Positions 40,831 through 52,924 of a stretch of DNA of 64,000 nucleotides are shown piece after piece. Each line of letters begins with the position of its first letter. The first letter of the stretch is position 1. A program made the translations under genes and the position numbers. This DNA comes from Eledone cirrhosa (Eukaryota). The stretch is taken from contig OZ024742.1 of the NCBI GenBank assembly GCA_964016885.1, positions 17,918,001 through 17,982,000 of the forward strand. The letters are read 5' to 3'. The notes below the pieces were generated by a model. The model did not search any database, was not told the origin of the DNA, and was given only the letters and a program-made list of their open reading frames with translations.

Positions 40831-41106
40831 AGATGAAATCGAAAATGCAACTGGAGTCTTTTTAAGGATATTTATTTGGTTCCTTTACCGGTTTCGCAGT
40901 TCTTGTGCTTTTCAAAAAAACAAACCCTCCATCCCAATTCTACTTTTGAAAAGCACAAGAACTGCGAAACCGGTAAAGGAACCAAATAAATATTCTTAAA
41001 AAGACTCCAATTGCATTTTCGATTTCATCTTTTTTCCTTATACTTTCACTCGTGTAGGACGTCTGGTTTTTTTTTTTCATTTTATAAATAAAACCTCATT
41101 TTCTAA

Positions 41107-41110
<4 letters not shown>
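40831..41110 (+). mobile_element. Fold-back pLTR-like element with a variant HHR
   Basis: Arms ~40831-40916/40944-41030; ends in (TA)n. Confidence 0.7.
40938..40981 (+). ncRNA. Candidate U3-A8 variant hammerhead ribozyme
   Basis: ttc ta ctt-TTGAAAA(40946-40952)-gca caagaac tgc-GAAA-ccgg-TA-aag gaa. Confidence 0.5.
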
Positions 41111-41137
<27 letters not shown>

Positions 41138-41177
41138 TTATATGTGTGTATGCATGTATGTATGTATGTATGCACAA

Positions 41178-41520
41178 ACATGGCTGTGTTGTTAAGGAGT
41201 TCGTTTAGCAGCCACTGGTTTCGTGTTCAAGCCCTTTGCGTTGTACCAAGGACAGGTGGGGTTTTTTGGTGGGGAGGGGAGGTTATAACTTTGGGTTAGC
41301 CAATACCTTGGGAGCGAAATTTCGTAAACGTGAACTGCTTATATGTATATGTTGCTGCATGCGCGCTTATGCCCTAGCGGTTCGACTAAAAGAGATTGCC
41401 AAAATAAACTCTAGTCTTGAAAAAGTAAGTACAGAGGTTGGCATTATATACTAAAATACTTTAAGGTGGTGCCTCAGCATGCCTACAGCCTAATGGCTGA
41501 AACTAGCAAAAGATTAAAAA
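41178..41520 (+). mobile_element. Decayed tRNA-derived SINE (another family)
   Basis: tggctgtgttgttaag...gttcaagccc head; tail aaggtggtgcctcagcatg...ggctgaaac. Confidence 0.5.
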
Positions 41521-42039
41521 GAGTATAAATCCTTGTCTTAAGATGTCTAAGTAACAATATAATAGACAAGACCAAAACGGTTAATGATATTACATTTTAA
41601 TAATCTAACGCCCGTTTCATCCACATTTTAAGTGGATACATAATTAATTATTACTTAATTAATTAGATGAACAAAATATTGGAATCATCAGAATTAATTA
41701 AAAGAAAATATTAAAAATTATTACCTCGTAAAACATATTGAAGTTAGATTTTAGACGTTATTTTCAAAATAGGGAACGCACAGGATAAAGACAATGAAAC
41801 ACAAACAACCATAAGACGGACAGTCCCATCTCCTCAGTCAACCTCTGAAAATCATTATGGTCACGGTTTAATAAGGTCGATACTATTCATTCCAGTGCAC
41901 ACTGGGCAAACAACAAAACTGGTAGAGACAAGTTAAGCCTTTAGGTAACTACACAAATATAGAGTGTACAAGGGCTTAGCCAAAGGAGAAAATATAGAAA
42001 GGAGAGAAATAGTAAAACAGAAGAGAATAAGGACTGTTG

Positions 42040-42420
42040 CCCAACATGTAGACTAAGGACACTGAGACGTAGAAAAGGTAAGGGGGAATAGAGGAAAACA
42101 GGCCGATTGGTGTGATTTCTATTATATGATAGTTTGGCTTTTAGAGCTGGACCAACCATCTAACTATGTAGTGCCAAGGGTCCCATCCTACATATCTAGA
42201 GTAAGGACCAGATAATTCAATAGCCTGGGGTTCGAAGGCCCCCAGGTCTTTAATAAGCTTCAAAAAGCCTGAAAGATCTACATGATGAAGATGTAGATGT
42301 TTTTAAGAAACATCTCTACATTCTGCTAACCAAGATCCCAGATGAACCCACAGTACGAGACGAACTACAAATAAAAGCAGCAGCAACAAACTCCCTCTTA
42401 CATCAATGCCCAACCCGTGT
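42040..42420 (+). pseudogene. CR1-group LINE 3' remnant
   Basis: Translates to NSLGFEGPQVFNKL...DVDVFKKHL..LLTKIPDEPT...AAATNSLLHQ. Confidence 0.6.
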
Positions 42421-42735
42421 ACTCACATGTGAAACTCCAGAGTAACAAGACTTACCACTTCGCCACAATAAAGAATATTATATGTGTGGTAGGGAGAGGG
42501 GTTGTTTGGTTTCGATAAAAATTCTGTTCGATGAAAATATGTCAGGTCGATAATATGTGGTTCCAAATAAAAGGTGTTTGATGAAAGGTTGTACGATGCT
42601 TCTCAGCTGGTTGAACAGCTAGGTGTAATTGTGATAGACAATTGCCAAGAGAGAAGCATATAAGTCTCGTTTGCATGCATAAAACTTATAGGGAAGACTG
42701 TCCTAGTCAGGGGATTTTCCTCGTGTAATGGAAAG

Positions 42736-42945
42736 GATACGATCGCGAATACAAGCAGCCGAAATGGGATTCCTCCGAAGGATCTTTGGGGTAACGTTAC
42801 TCGATAGAGTGCGTAGCTCGGAAATCAGAGTCACTCCAAGTAGAGTCGCTACTTCTCTGAATTTAAAGATCACAGTTCCGATACTATCGGCTTGTGGTTA
42901 GAATGTCTCGAGAAAGAATCACTGGACTGATGTTACGGAGAAAAT
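42736..42945 (+). pseudogene. RTE-clade LINE fragment
   Basis: Homologous to 15056-15270 (RSRIQAAEMGFLRRIFGVTLLDRVRS). Confidence 0.8.
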
Positions 42946-43808
42946 CAGGCCGACGTCAACTTTGCCTTTCATCCTTCCGGGGATCGATAAAATAGAGTAA
43001 TACCAAACAAGTAGTGAGCCCGATTTTGCAAATCAATATATATATATATATATATAGCTCTTCGTGTTGGTGTCGTGTTGGTGGTGAAACAGCAAATGGT
43101 GAATTCTTGTAATACATGTGTTTAAAGTGTTGTCGCAGCCTAGAAAGAAAGATTTGGCATGTTAGCTTATTATAACCATATCAATGATGTATTAGGGTGA
43201 CAGTTACGTAGGTCAATTAAAAGTGCATGAAACGAAAAAGTCTCAAAACTTATTGAGTGTACCTCGTATCTGCCTTAAAATATTTATTTATGCCACTCTA
43301 TACGTTCTTAACTTAAAGTCGGTCAGGAACACCACTATTTACATAAGATCGTCGGACACATACTGATTAAATATAGAAACACATATAGTTGGCTATTCGT
43401 CAATCGGTAGTCAATAAAGATCATGACTGGTTACTTTTTAATTGTGGCTTTTTTGCGTGAGTAGTTCGCCTGTGAGTCCAGTTTTGGTATGTAAGGTACG
43501 TGTGATCTGTAGTTCCTTTAAAGTATTAGCTGAGCAAGATTGGCGGCGTTGACGTTTGTTTTCTGTGGTCAAGAGACGTCATGTCTCTGTGATCAGGATT
43601 TTACACTTGCATGAATGAAGATATGCCATAAGAGGCTGTTCTGAGCAAGCTGGTGTCAGTATTATTAGATCTGAGTAGAATAAACACAATCAAACACGGA
43701 ACGCAGACATATGCAGAACAATGGAAATAAGTTGTTCGGAGTCCCCACGGGTTCATTTGATGAAGATAAGCTAGGTATACTTATAGAACACTATATTCTC
43801 TTTAGTGA

Positions 43809-44140
43809 AGGCGCATGACTTTGTAGTTAGCGCTTTGAGCTTGCAATTGAGAGGTTGTGAGTTCGATTTTCGGACCGGTTGATGCGTTGTGTCCTTGAGC
43901 AAGACACTTTATTTCACGTTGCTCCAGTTTATGCAGCTGTAGAAATAATTTGTAACGTCACTGGTGCCAAGCTGCATCGGCTATTGCCTTTCCCTTGGAC
44001 AACATAAGTGGTGTGGAGAGGAGAGACTGGTATGCATGGGTGACTGCTGGTCTTCCACAAACAACCTTACACGGACTTGTGCCTCGGAGGGAAACTTTCT
44101 AGGTGCAAAACCATGGTCATTAGTGACCGATATGGGCCTT
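43809..44140 (+). mobile_element. tRNA-derived SINE with CORE-like domain
   Basis: Head ggcgcatg...gagttcgatt; gttgtgtccttgagcaagacacttt. Confidence 0.7.
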
Positions 44141-44199
44141 AAATATTCTCTTTACACAAAAGGTTTCCTAAATTATATATATATATAGTCGATCGACTT

Positions 44200-44397
44200 T
44201 CGTCAAATCGGACCGAGGAAACAATGTTTCCATTGGTCTTTCCAATTGCTGATACTTTCTATCGGTCACAACTCCAGGTAGAAGGAGCAACGTGAAATAA
44301 AGTGTCTTGCTGATAACGCATCACCCGGTCCCGGAATCGAACTAACAACCTCACGATTGCTAATCCAATTCTCTAACTACTCAGACACGCGCCTTCA
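44200..44397 (-). mobile_element. SINE, inverse copy of the 6163-6360 family
   Basis: Reverse-complement similarity to 6163-6360. Confidence 0.65.
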
Positions 44398-44698
44398 CTA
44401 TAAATTAAAACGGATTAATTGTTTCTCAGAATATGTTACCTGTAAGTTAAGAAACTATCCCAGACCCAGAGACTCACCAGAGTGGAGCTTATTTCGGTTT
44501 CCTTGACGTGAAGTGGTTGGGACTAAAAGCCTCCCTTTAGACGAGACGTGAATCCGTTACAGAGTTGACTGTTGCTGTTGCTTGTAGTGCTATGTCATGA
44601 TACTCGTACTCGCCAAACGTGCTTGACGAGTGTCATGACACCAAACTATTGGTACTTCAGCACTTCTATGGTAAACTCACATTATAAAAGATATATGC

Positions 44699-44794
<96 letters not shown>

Positions 44795-44829
44795 CTCAAA
44801 GACTATTATAGTCTCACTATTACTTTTGA

Positions 44830-46216
44830 AAACACCAGTAAAGTAGTTAATTTCCTAGATATAACTTTAGACCTATCTACGGGTATCTACCAACCTTACC
44901 ATAAACCTAACCAAAACTTGCACTACATACACTCACAATCTAATCACCTTAGATCTATCCTTAAAAACCTAGCATATAATATATCACTTAGAATTTCTAA
45001 CCTTTCATCTAACCAGGATGTATTTGATAAAAATGCGCCCTTTTATAACGAAGCTTTAGCTAGAAGCGACCACAAAAACAAATTAGTCTATATACCTTGT
45101 ACCAATAATACTTCAAACATACAACCCAGTATTACCAACAAACACCAAATGAAAAACACACACCTAAATGCCACTCACACTACACCCAAAAATACCAACT
45201 TAAAACTTAATTTCTCTACCTCTTCTCACATAAAATATAAAAACTTTCAAAAAAACCATTCATCCTTATACTCCAATATACGTTAATAACATTACTAACA
45301 AAATCCTAATAATCAGACTAAAACACCTAAATCGGTTAATCTAACTAAATCTATATATAATAAATTCACTAATACTAACTCTCTTAGTAAACATCAGGAT
45401 ACATCGTATAAAAATAAAAAACAGCATCGAAACCGTAATAGACGAGTTACTTGGTATAATGCTCCGTTTAATTTACAAATTAAAGATAATATCCCTAAAA
45501 TATTTTTTACTATCCTAGAGAAAAACTTCCCGCCAAACCATAAATACCATCAAATTTTAAATAGATCAACTGTCAAATTTTCCTACTCCACTACCAAAAA
45601 TATACAACAAAATATAAGTGCGTACAATGCATATAAATGTAAAAAAACCACGAATATACCACCAACACATCAAACCAACCATAATACTAAAATAAACCGC
45701 AACAAACCACCATTTCCTTCACATATAACAAGTCGAGTAAATTCCACACCAAATTTGACTAACTCCCCTGATACAATATTCACGAATGGTTGTAACTGTA
45801 GAAACAAAAGAAATTGCCCATTAAAGGGAAATTATCTTATTAATAACATAGTATATAAATGTAAAATTAGCACTAAGAACTCAAATTATTCATATATAGG
45901 AGCTACTCCTAACCAATTTAAAATAAGATTTAATACCCACAAACATAGTTTTTAAAATGCCGCATTAGCTAATACAACATCCTTGGCTGAAACAATTAAT
46001 AATTATAGAAAAAAGAATATCGATTACAACCTGACCTGGAGTGTGCTCAAAAGGGCCACCCCTTATCAAAATAACAGATATGAGTGTAGATTATGCTCCC
46101 AGGAACTTTTTGAAATAATGAAATCTAAGGATATCCTATTAAATAAGCGACAAGAATTAATTATATCTTGCAATCATAGAATTAGAAAAACTTTCAAATA
46201 TTATAAACCTAATTAA
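44830..46216 (+). pseudogene. Penelope-like RT thumb + GIY-YIG endonuclease, with in-frame stops
   Basis: ORFs 44918-45286, 45755-45955 and 45983-46216 lie in one frame, separated by stops. Confidence 0.85.
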
Positions 46217-46937
46217 TATAAAACTTACACTTATATTTTACATATTATTATAATTAGTTTTTTTTTTAATTTAGTTAACCTATAATTAGTACTTTACTAC
46301 AGAGTACTTCATAATTTTATTTCCCTCTTACAGCTCTCTTTTCCTAAAATTAATACCTAAAAGTATACATATAAACTATTCTAATTTCCTGTTATGAATC
46401 TAGATTCATTGTAGTCTATATAAGATTGGTATTTCTCACTAATACATTTATCCCCAAATTTTATTTTCCTTCGGTTTTAACAACATTCTTTAATAACATC
46501 TAATTCTTATTTATCACATCCATATGAATTAATATAAATTTATCCCTATAAGTATACCTATCAATCAATTTAATTTCTTGTTATAGATCTAAATTCCTTG
46601 TGTTTTAAATAAGATTGGTATTTCTCACTAACACCTTTTACCCTAAAATGTTATTCTCCTTCGGTTTTAACATTAGCATTATTCTTTAATAACATCAAAT
46701 TTTCGTGTACATTTCACCGGCTTGACATCTTTTCATCCCCAAAGTATTCTTTTCATTCAAAGCATTCTTTCTATTCAAAACTTAAGTCTGCATTCCTCTA
46801 CCCCTAAATTAAATTTCTACTACTACTATTCTATCAACTTGACCTCTTACTACTTTTCTATTGGTCAATTCAAAACCTGTTCCCAAACAGACCTATTATA
46901 TTAAATCTTTGTTGTTTTTTTTTTCAATAAATAAATA

Positions 46938-47073
46938 TCATTATTTCTGAAGACAGCATATATATGTGAAGGTATGTATATTTCCTCTGATAGTTTGTAA
47001 AATTTTTACATAGATCTATATGATATACATACCAACACACATATATATCCTAGAAACGATCGTAAAATGATGA
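46938..47073 (+). ncRNA. Type I hammerhead ribozyme with ~100-nt helix II, in the Naiad pLTR
   Basis: tcattattt-CTGAAGA(46947)-atatatatgtg..ggtatgtatat/atatacatacc..cacatatatat-GAAA(47053)-cgatcg-TA-aaatgatga. Confidence 0.85.
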
Positions 47074-47595
47074 ATTTTTTAATATAAGGAACTTGTTCTT
47101 TGTTTTTATTCATTGTTTTTATTAATTTATCTTGACTCTGTTTTCCTGTGATTTTCATCGAACAATTTTTTAAATGCATCTTCTCTTTTCATGTTATTTG
47201 GATTACATTGAGTTCTTCATACGGATTGGACACTACCGTATATTTGGGTAGATTTATCTACATATATATATATATATATATATAGATATGAATATATATA
47301 TTTTATACATATCTTTATATATATAAAAGCGAGGATGTGTGTATGTCTGTGTACAACTTTGCATGCATAAGGCTTTCACAATTACCAACTGAATTTGACC
47401 AAATGTTCTGTGCACGTTGCACAGGTCGCTAAGATTGTCACATCACAAACATTTTCACAAATCGACCCACGTTGAGCAATAAAAAATCGATATCAAAATT
47501 ATCGGTAGAAAAATTTATGTAAGGGAGATAACAAACTTTATTGACAATCCTTATAAAAAAGGGAGATAACCTTTTCACCAAATATATTCGTTTGC

Positions 47596-47760
47596 AAGGG
47601 TCGGACGCCATGCTTTCCAGCATAGTTACGTCTCTTTACGATCTGAGTTCAAATCCCGCCGAGGTTGACTTTGCCGTTCATCCTTACGGAGTCGATAAAA
47701 TAAAGTACCAGTAATGCACTTGTTAATTGCTGGCCTTGTGCCTAAAGTAGAAACAATTAA
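47596..47760 (+). mobile_element. tRNA-derived SINE (main family), 5'-truncated
   Basis: gagttcaaatcccgccgaggttgactttgcc...ggccttgtgcctaaagtagaaac. Confidence 0.85.
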
Positions 47761-47840
47761 TTATTGAAGACTTCTGCTTATTTTGACAGGTTGGGGACAA
47801 ATAATGTTCTTCTTTTACTTCCTAGCTGTATATTCTTAGC

Positions 47841-48040
47841 NNNNNNNNNNNNNNNNNNNNNNNNNNNNNNNNNNNNNNNNNNNNNNNNNNNNNNNNNNNN
47901 NNNNNNNNNNNNNNNNNNNNNNNNNNNNNNNNNNNNNNNNNNNNNNNNNNNNNNNNNNNNNNNNNNNNNNNNNNNNNNNNNNNNNNNNNNNNNNNNNNNN
48001 NNNNNNNNNNNNNNNNNNNNNNNNNNNNNNNNNNNNNNNN
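47841..48040. other. Assembly gap (200 N)
   Basis: N run. Confidence 1.
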
Positions 48041-48617
48041 GCCCCTTTTTGTTCAACACTGACAAAGGAGCGCTCTACTAGTTTCAAGCTTATTATCTAT
48101 CTGTCAGCACCGTATACCTTGCTGCCAGATGATTAAACGTCTGAAAGTATATACTTTTCCTTGTGCATATTAACGGCTGAGCAGCCTAATTTGCATATCG
48201 AGTGAGTTAATCGGCCGGTCGATTAACTCACTCGATATGCAAATTAGGCTGCTCAGCCGTTAATATGCATAAGGAAAGTTTATACTTTCAGACGTTCAAC
48301 CATCTGGCAGGAAGGTATAGGTTGCTGACGATAGCTAATAAGCTTGAAACTAGTACAGCGTTCCTTTGTCAGTGTTGAACAAAAGGGCAACGATGGTTGC
48401 TAAACACTAAATTTGGGATGTTTGTTTACAAACATACCGAGCATTATAATAAATGTTCGGTAAATCCATACGTACATATATATATGTGTGCATGTATGTA
48501 TATATATATACATACTACTGTACGTCTGTATACATATATGTATGTACGTATACATACTTATATTTAATTAACAGCTGTACTAAGAGTGAGAAATGAAACT
48601 TCGTTTCATTTTTTTCC

Positions 48618-48622
<5 letters not shown>
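48041..48622 (+). mobile_element. Single copy of the 429-bp HHR family with a zero-spacer inverted 5' arm
   Basis: Palindrome centred at 48216|48217 (aatcggcc|ggtcgatt). The right arm is a near-complete unit ending ccgtttat+(TA)n. Confidence 0.85.
48321..48360 (+). ncRNA. Type I hammerhead ribozyme motif (429-bp family)
   Basis: gttg-CTGACGA-tagct aata agctt-GAAA-ctag-TA-cagc. Confidence 0.85.
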
Positions 48623-48657
<35 letters not shown>

Positions 48658-48662
<5 letters not shown>

Positions 48663-48885
48663 AAAAAGTATGACCCCGACTGCAGAGCTCAAGCCGTTTC
48701 GACGGCTATTTCTGGACTATTTCTGGACTATTTCGACGACTATTTCAGTCCAGAAATACCCGTCAAAACGGCTTGAGCTCTGCAGTCGGGGTCATACTTT
48801 TTCCTATTTCCCACTCTACTACCCTAAGTATTGAGTACTCTGGTGCGTTATGGTCCATCTGGTTCCTTACCACAATTCCTTTGTC

Positions 48886-48890
<5 letters not shown>
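48658..48890 (+). mobile_element. Short fold-back element between (TA)n tracts, probably a pLTR 3' end truncated within an HHR helix II
   Basis: Arms 48658-48718/48747-48807. The left arm reads ccgtc-GAAA-cggc-TT on the minus strand. The spacer contains ctatttc micro-duplications. Confidence 0.55.
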
Positions 48891-48927
<37 letters not shown>

Positions 48928-49408
48928 GTATGCATACATACATTTGTGTATGCGCGTGTTTGCATGTATCCTAAATATCTTGAAGGACACTGTAACTACT
49001 ACTAAAACTAATACTCCTTTCATGGAAAACTGAGTGCATTGCTTTGTATTCTTACACCTGACATCAAAGAATTTTGTAACAAATGTTTCACAATGGAATC
49101 TACGAAATGAGGTCACCATATAAATCAAAGTGACGTAAGGTTTCAAAGGTAAATGCTTTAAGATTGTTCAAACTGAAAATAAGAATAACACTGCAAGATA
49201 TGAAGTGAGATATTTTAATAATAATTTAATTAATGCCATGAGTTGACAGAAATAGTGGAGGAGCAGGCGAAATAATTACATGATTTGTCATTTTATACAC
49301 CCTAATTTAACGAGGCTGTTCTTGTAGCTTGAATCCCTAAGCTTTTTTTTTTTTTACTTCATATCAAAATTAGCCTAGGAATCCCTAGTAATACAGTAGA
49401 TATGATAG

Positions 49409-49603
49409 CAGACTTGTCAACCACTAAAAACCCAAACGCGGAGTACCATGAAAAAAGGGCTCCAAAACGGGTAGAAATTAGGAAAAATGGAGTGATTTTA
49501 CATAATGAAAACTATACCCATTATCTTCAAGAGGAGACATCTGTCACCTACCCCAACATGGGTGGGGGATCTTTCCGTCGGACGGGGAGAGTTGACAGGT
49601 CTG
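49409..49603. mobile_element. MITE with 13-bp TIRs and a 6-bp TSD
   Basis: CAGACTTGTCAAC...GTTGACAGGTCTG with tgatag on both sides. Second copy at ~61293-61650. Confidence 0.75.
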
Positions 49604-50895
49604 TGATAGGCTTGCACAAGAAAAAGGTATTGCTTGAACTCCTAACGTTGTTTTATCATATTAAAGGTAGTCTTTTTCGTCAAAATTCAAAATAAAATTT
49701 TATAGAATACACGTTACTAACACTTATTTTTTAATTACCCTTTCCCTTAATATGCAAATATGCAAATATATTTATTTTCAAATTAATATATAATGTATTA
49801 CATTTCATAAAACCTTTACATTTTAATATGAAATTTATGTTCAAAACAAAACTATTTTTATTTAAATGAATAAATAACTAACTACTATCTAAACTATAAT
49901 AAAGGAAGGGTCTGCGGGACTGCGTACGGTTTTTTTTTTTATCCCGTTTGTAAAATAAGTTGGATTACTTTGAATAAATAATGAATGAATATTACATAAT
50001 TTATCTACTAAATTTCGTGGCTGTTGATTAAATATATTTTGTTTATTTAAAGATTCACTTCTTTAAAATTTCTGAAATGTCAGCCGGTTGGCCATCGCTT
50101 AAATAAACACTAATTTTCTGTCACTAGTTTTCTCCTAATGCAGTTTATAATATCATCTTTTTTAATGCATCATAGATTACGTTACTGATTAAATAAGACA
50201 GTGTAACGCAGTCTTCGTTCAATTTCTATGTATTATATATTGTCAATTACGATTTTATTTGATGTATCATATCTACATGTATATATACTTGCGTATAATA
50301 TCAATATGCACACTACACATGCTAACAGAAAACCACCCGAAGGTGGTTTTTCTGCTAGTAACCATAATTATGAAAGTATACAATTTTTCCATAAGTACGA
50401 CATTTAGGGAAGATACTTCAGCTCAAGATACGCCCCTTCGCCATTTCCACTTACGACATTTCGGGTTTTTCTTGGGTGGGGGGGGGGAGCTCCTGTTACT
50501 AATCAAACTTAGGGATAGATAAAAAAAATATGGCTCCTGTATCTTTCCTATACGACGAAATATACCAGTTTCTGAAATACAGGTAATATAATCTGTTTGA
50601 TTAGATTTTTGTTTTCATAATGAAATAGGTACTAACCCCACAAACAAAAAGAAAGAAAATACGTATACATATATATACATATATACATATATATATATAC
50701 ATATATATATATACATATATATACATATACATATATATCATCTCACTAATAAAGGAAACGTTGTAGATGCCTCAGAATATACAGAATGTCTTAAATCCAT
50801 AAAAAAAACAACCTATATAACAAAAACAAAAAATAGAACAAAAAATGAAGACTTAGAAGATTCAGAAGAGAATTTTTTAAATATAGTTGTAACAA

Positions 50896-50896
<1 letters not shown>

Positions 50897-50962
<66 letters not shown>

Positions 50963-50995
50963 GGTGGTGGTGGTGGTGGTGGTGGTGGTGGTGGT
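50897..50995. repeat. (TAG)n(TGG)n microsatellite
   Basis: Direct repeats. Confidence 0.95.
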
Positions 50996-51074
50996 AGATG
51001 AAGTTTTAATGGTGAGTACAATACAAGGAGAACAATCGATAGAAAATAGTAATCTAAGTAAACATGAAAGAGCC

Positions 51075-51780
51075 GAACTCCCACTGTCATCGCCTCCATC
51101 TCTCTGGCCCTCCCCATCTCTCCGTATGGTGAGCAAATGGGGTCCCATGTGCTGGCCTCCCCACAGCTCCGGCAGACAGGATGGAGAAGGCGTTTCGCCG
51201 GAGGATGGTAAGGGAGATGCGCTGGAGGAGCCATTCCAACTCGCGAGGCTCACACCTGCGGCTGGCCAGCTCAGCGCCTATGCAGGTGAATAGGGAGGTA
51301 GCCCTTTGGCCAAGGACACCAGAAGTCTCCACTGGTAGCAGTAGCCAGGACTGTGCCTATGGTGGTAAGTAGGGAGGTAGCCCTAGTGCCAAAGACACCA
51401 GAAGTCTCCACTGCCAAGGGAACGACCACGAACCTGTCGGAAAGCGACCGGTACTTGGAGAGTTTGGCCTCCTCAGCCCGACGTGCAGCAGAACCTGGGT
51501 TAGTCGCAGACTGAACCAGGTTGCGACTGGAGAAAGTGTCGCTGCAAGTGGCATTCCAGACGAGGGGTTTGCAACTGCCGAACGAGAAGATGGTCATGCC
51601 GTCTGGCCTTTTGCCGTCCCCTCGGTCCAGCCCCACCGGCTCGAGCTGAGAAGGGAAGCCTACAGCGTCCAAGCCATGCTTTATGACCTCGTTGAGGGTA
51701 GCATGGCGTAGAAGGTGGCCGGCACTGTGGCGACAGGAAAACGGGTGGAGGCCGAAAGAGTCCACGGTGGATCCACAAGG
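51075..51780 (-). pseudogene. CRE-like non-LTR retrotransposon 3' fragment (RLE domain), internally duplicated
   Basis: RHATLNEVI...LEPVGLDRGDGKRPDGMT...LVWNATCSDT...KLSKYRSL..VPLAVETSG; the ETSG segment occurs twice. Confidence 0.75.
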
Positions 51781-51829
51781 AAACGCCGATGCGTTGTAAC
51801 AATAAGCGTATATTTGTAATGTGCATGAC

Positions 51830-52000
51830 TGAATCTCACACAACAACACCCGAGAACAATGCCAGCAGCAGCCAACCATTAAAGAATAATTCCGACAACG
51901 CCGATTACAGTGGTTTGGCCAAGTCTGTAGGATGAGCACAGAAAGACTACCAAACCAACTTTTATTTGTGTCTTGACCTCGACCATGCTAAGGTCAACAC
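51830..52000 (+). pseudogene. RTE-like LINE fragment
   Basis: IRQRRLQWFGQVCRMSTERLPNQLL. Confidence 0.6.
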
Positions 52001-52373
52001 CATGATAGAAAGGCGTTGAAGACATCATCATTGCAATCCATTATCTAGCGGCACCCACAGCAACTTATTGGTTGAGAGGACAGTCACCCTCCCTCCCAAT
52101 CGTGAGCTAGTGTTAGAAGAAGAAGAAGAAGAAGAAGAAGAAGAAGAAGAAGAAGAAGAAGAAGAAGAAGAAGAAGAGTTACTAATAAGAAGAAGTTTTG
52201 AAGAACTCAATAATTGGAACAAATGTAGGTAGTACGGCCATCACAATCTTTTACATAATCTCAGAATGTATTTATTATAAAGGGAAAAAATGTAGGTTTT
52301 TAAGAGAGATAATATTGCAGCTTCTCCATAATTAACAATTCCCAAAGTCAACATTTCACATACATATTTATAC

Positions 52374-52924
52374 TAGACATGAAAAATGCGCAAGCTCAAA
52401 AGAGCCACAGAATGTTATAATAAACCTTCAAAAGTGTGGGGGGACTAGAGTTGTTACTCAAAAATATTGTAATCATTATCTATCGTACTTTCTGTGGCAT
52501 CCTTTATAAAAATATCACAATAAATACATCTATGTTTAATAATTGTTTCTACTTTTGGCACAAGGCACATATATGTTTAATAAGTGTTTCTACGTTAGGC
52601 AGAAGGCCAGCAATTACCCAGTGTATTACTGGTACTTTATTTTATCGACCCCGTAAGGATGAAAGGCAAAGTTAACCTCGGCGGGATTTGAACTCTATGT
52701 TTAATAATATTATGTAATTATTTATATTATATTACGTAATTATTTATAGCTGTTATTACATTAAACATAGATGTATTTATTGTGATATTTTTATAAAGGA
52801 TGCCACAGAATGTACGATAGATAATGATTACAATATTTTTGAGTAACAATCTAGTCCCCCCACACTTTTGAAGGTTTATTATAACATTCTGTGGCGATTT
52901 TGAGCTTGCGCATTTTTCATGTCT
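52374..52924. mobile_element. Fold-back/MITE-like element with ~165-bp inverted arms, interrupted by a SINE
   Basis: agacatgaaaaatgcgcaagctc...tctatgtttaat is the reverse complement of attaaacataga...gagcttgcgcatttttcatgtct. Confidence 0.75.
52543..52693 (-). mobile_element. SINE (main family), 5'-truncated, with a 14-bp TSD
   Basis: TSD tctatgtttaataa at 52529-52542 and 52694-52707. Confidence 0.85.

Larger units (their letters stand above)
44792..47262 (+). mobile_element. 5'-truncated Penelope-like element, Naiad-type, between (TA)n tracts
   Basis: RT end VNFLDITLDL..YQPYHKPN..YIHSQSNH; WYNAPF...FP..H; CNCRNKRNC (CxCx5C); GIY-YIG IVY...YIG; CRLC, LLNKRQELIISCNH. HHR in the 3' region. Confidence 0.88.

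Noticed and set aside
41725-41844. Possible minus-strand exon (tttcag...gag|gtaata)
   Set aside because: Stops in all three frames; no supporting neighbouring exons.
45788-46180. Selenocysteine recoding reported for some Naiad elements
   Set aside because: The conserved cysteines here are TGT/TGC and the interrupting stops I checked are TAA, not TGA.
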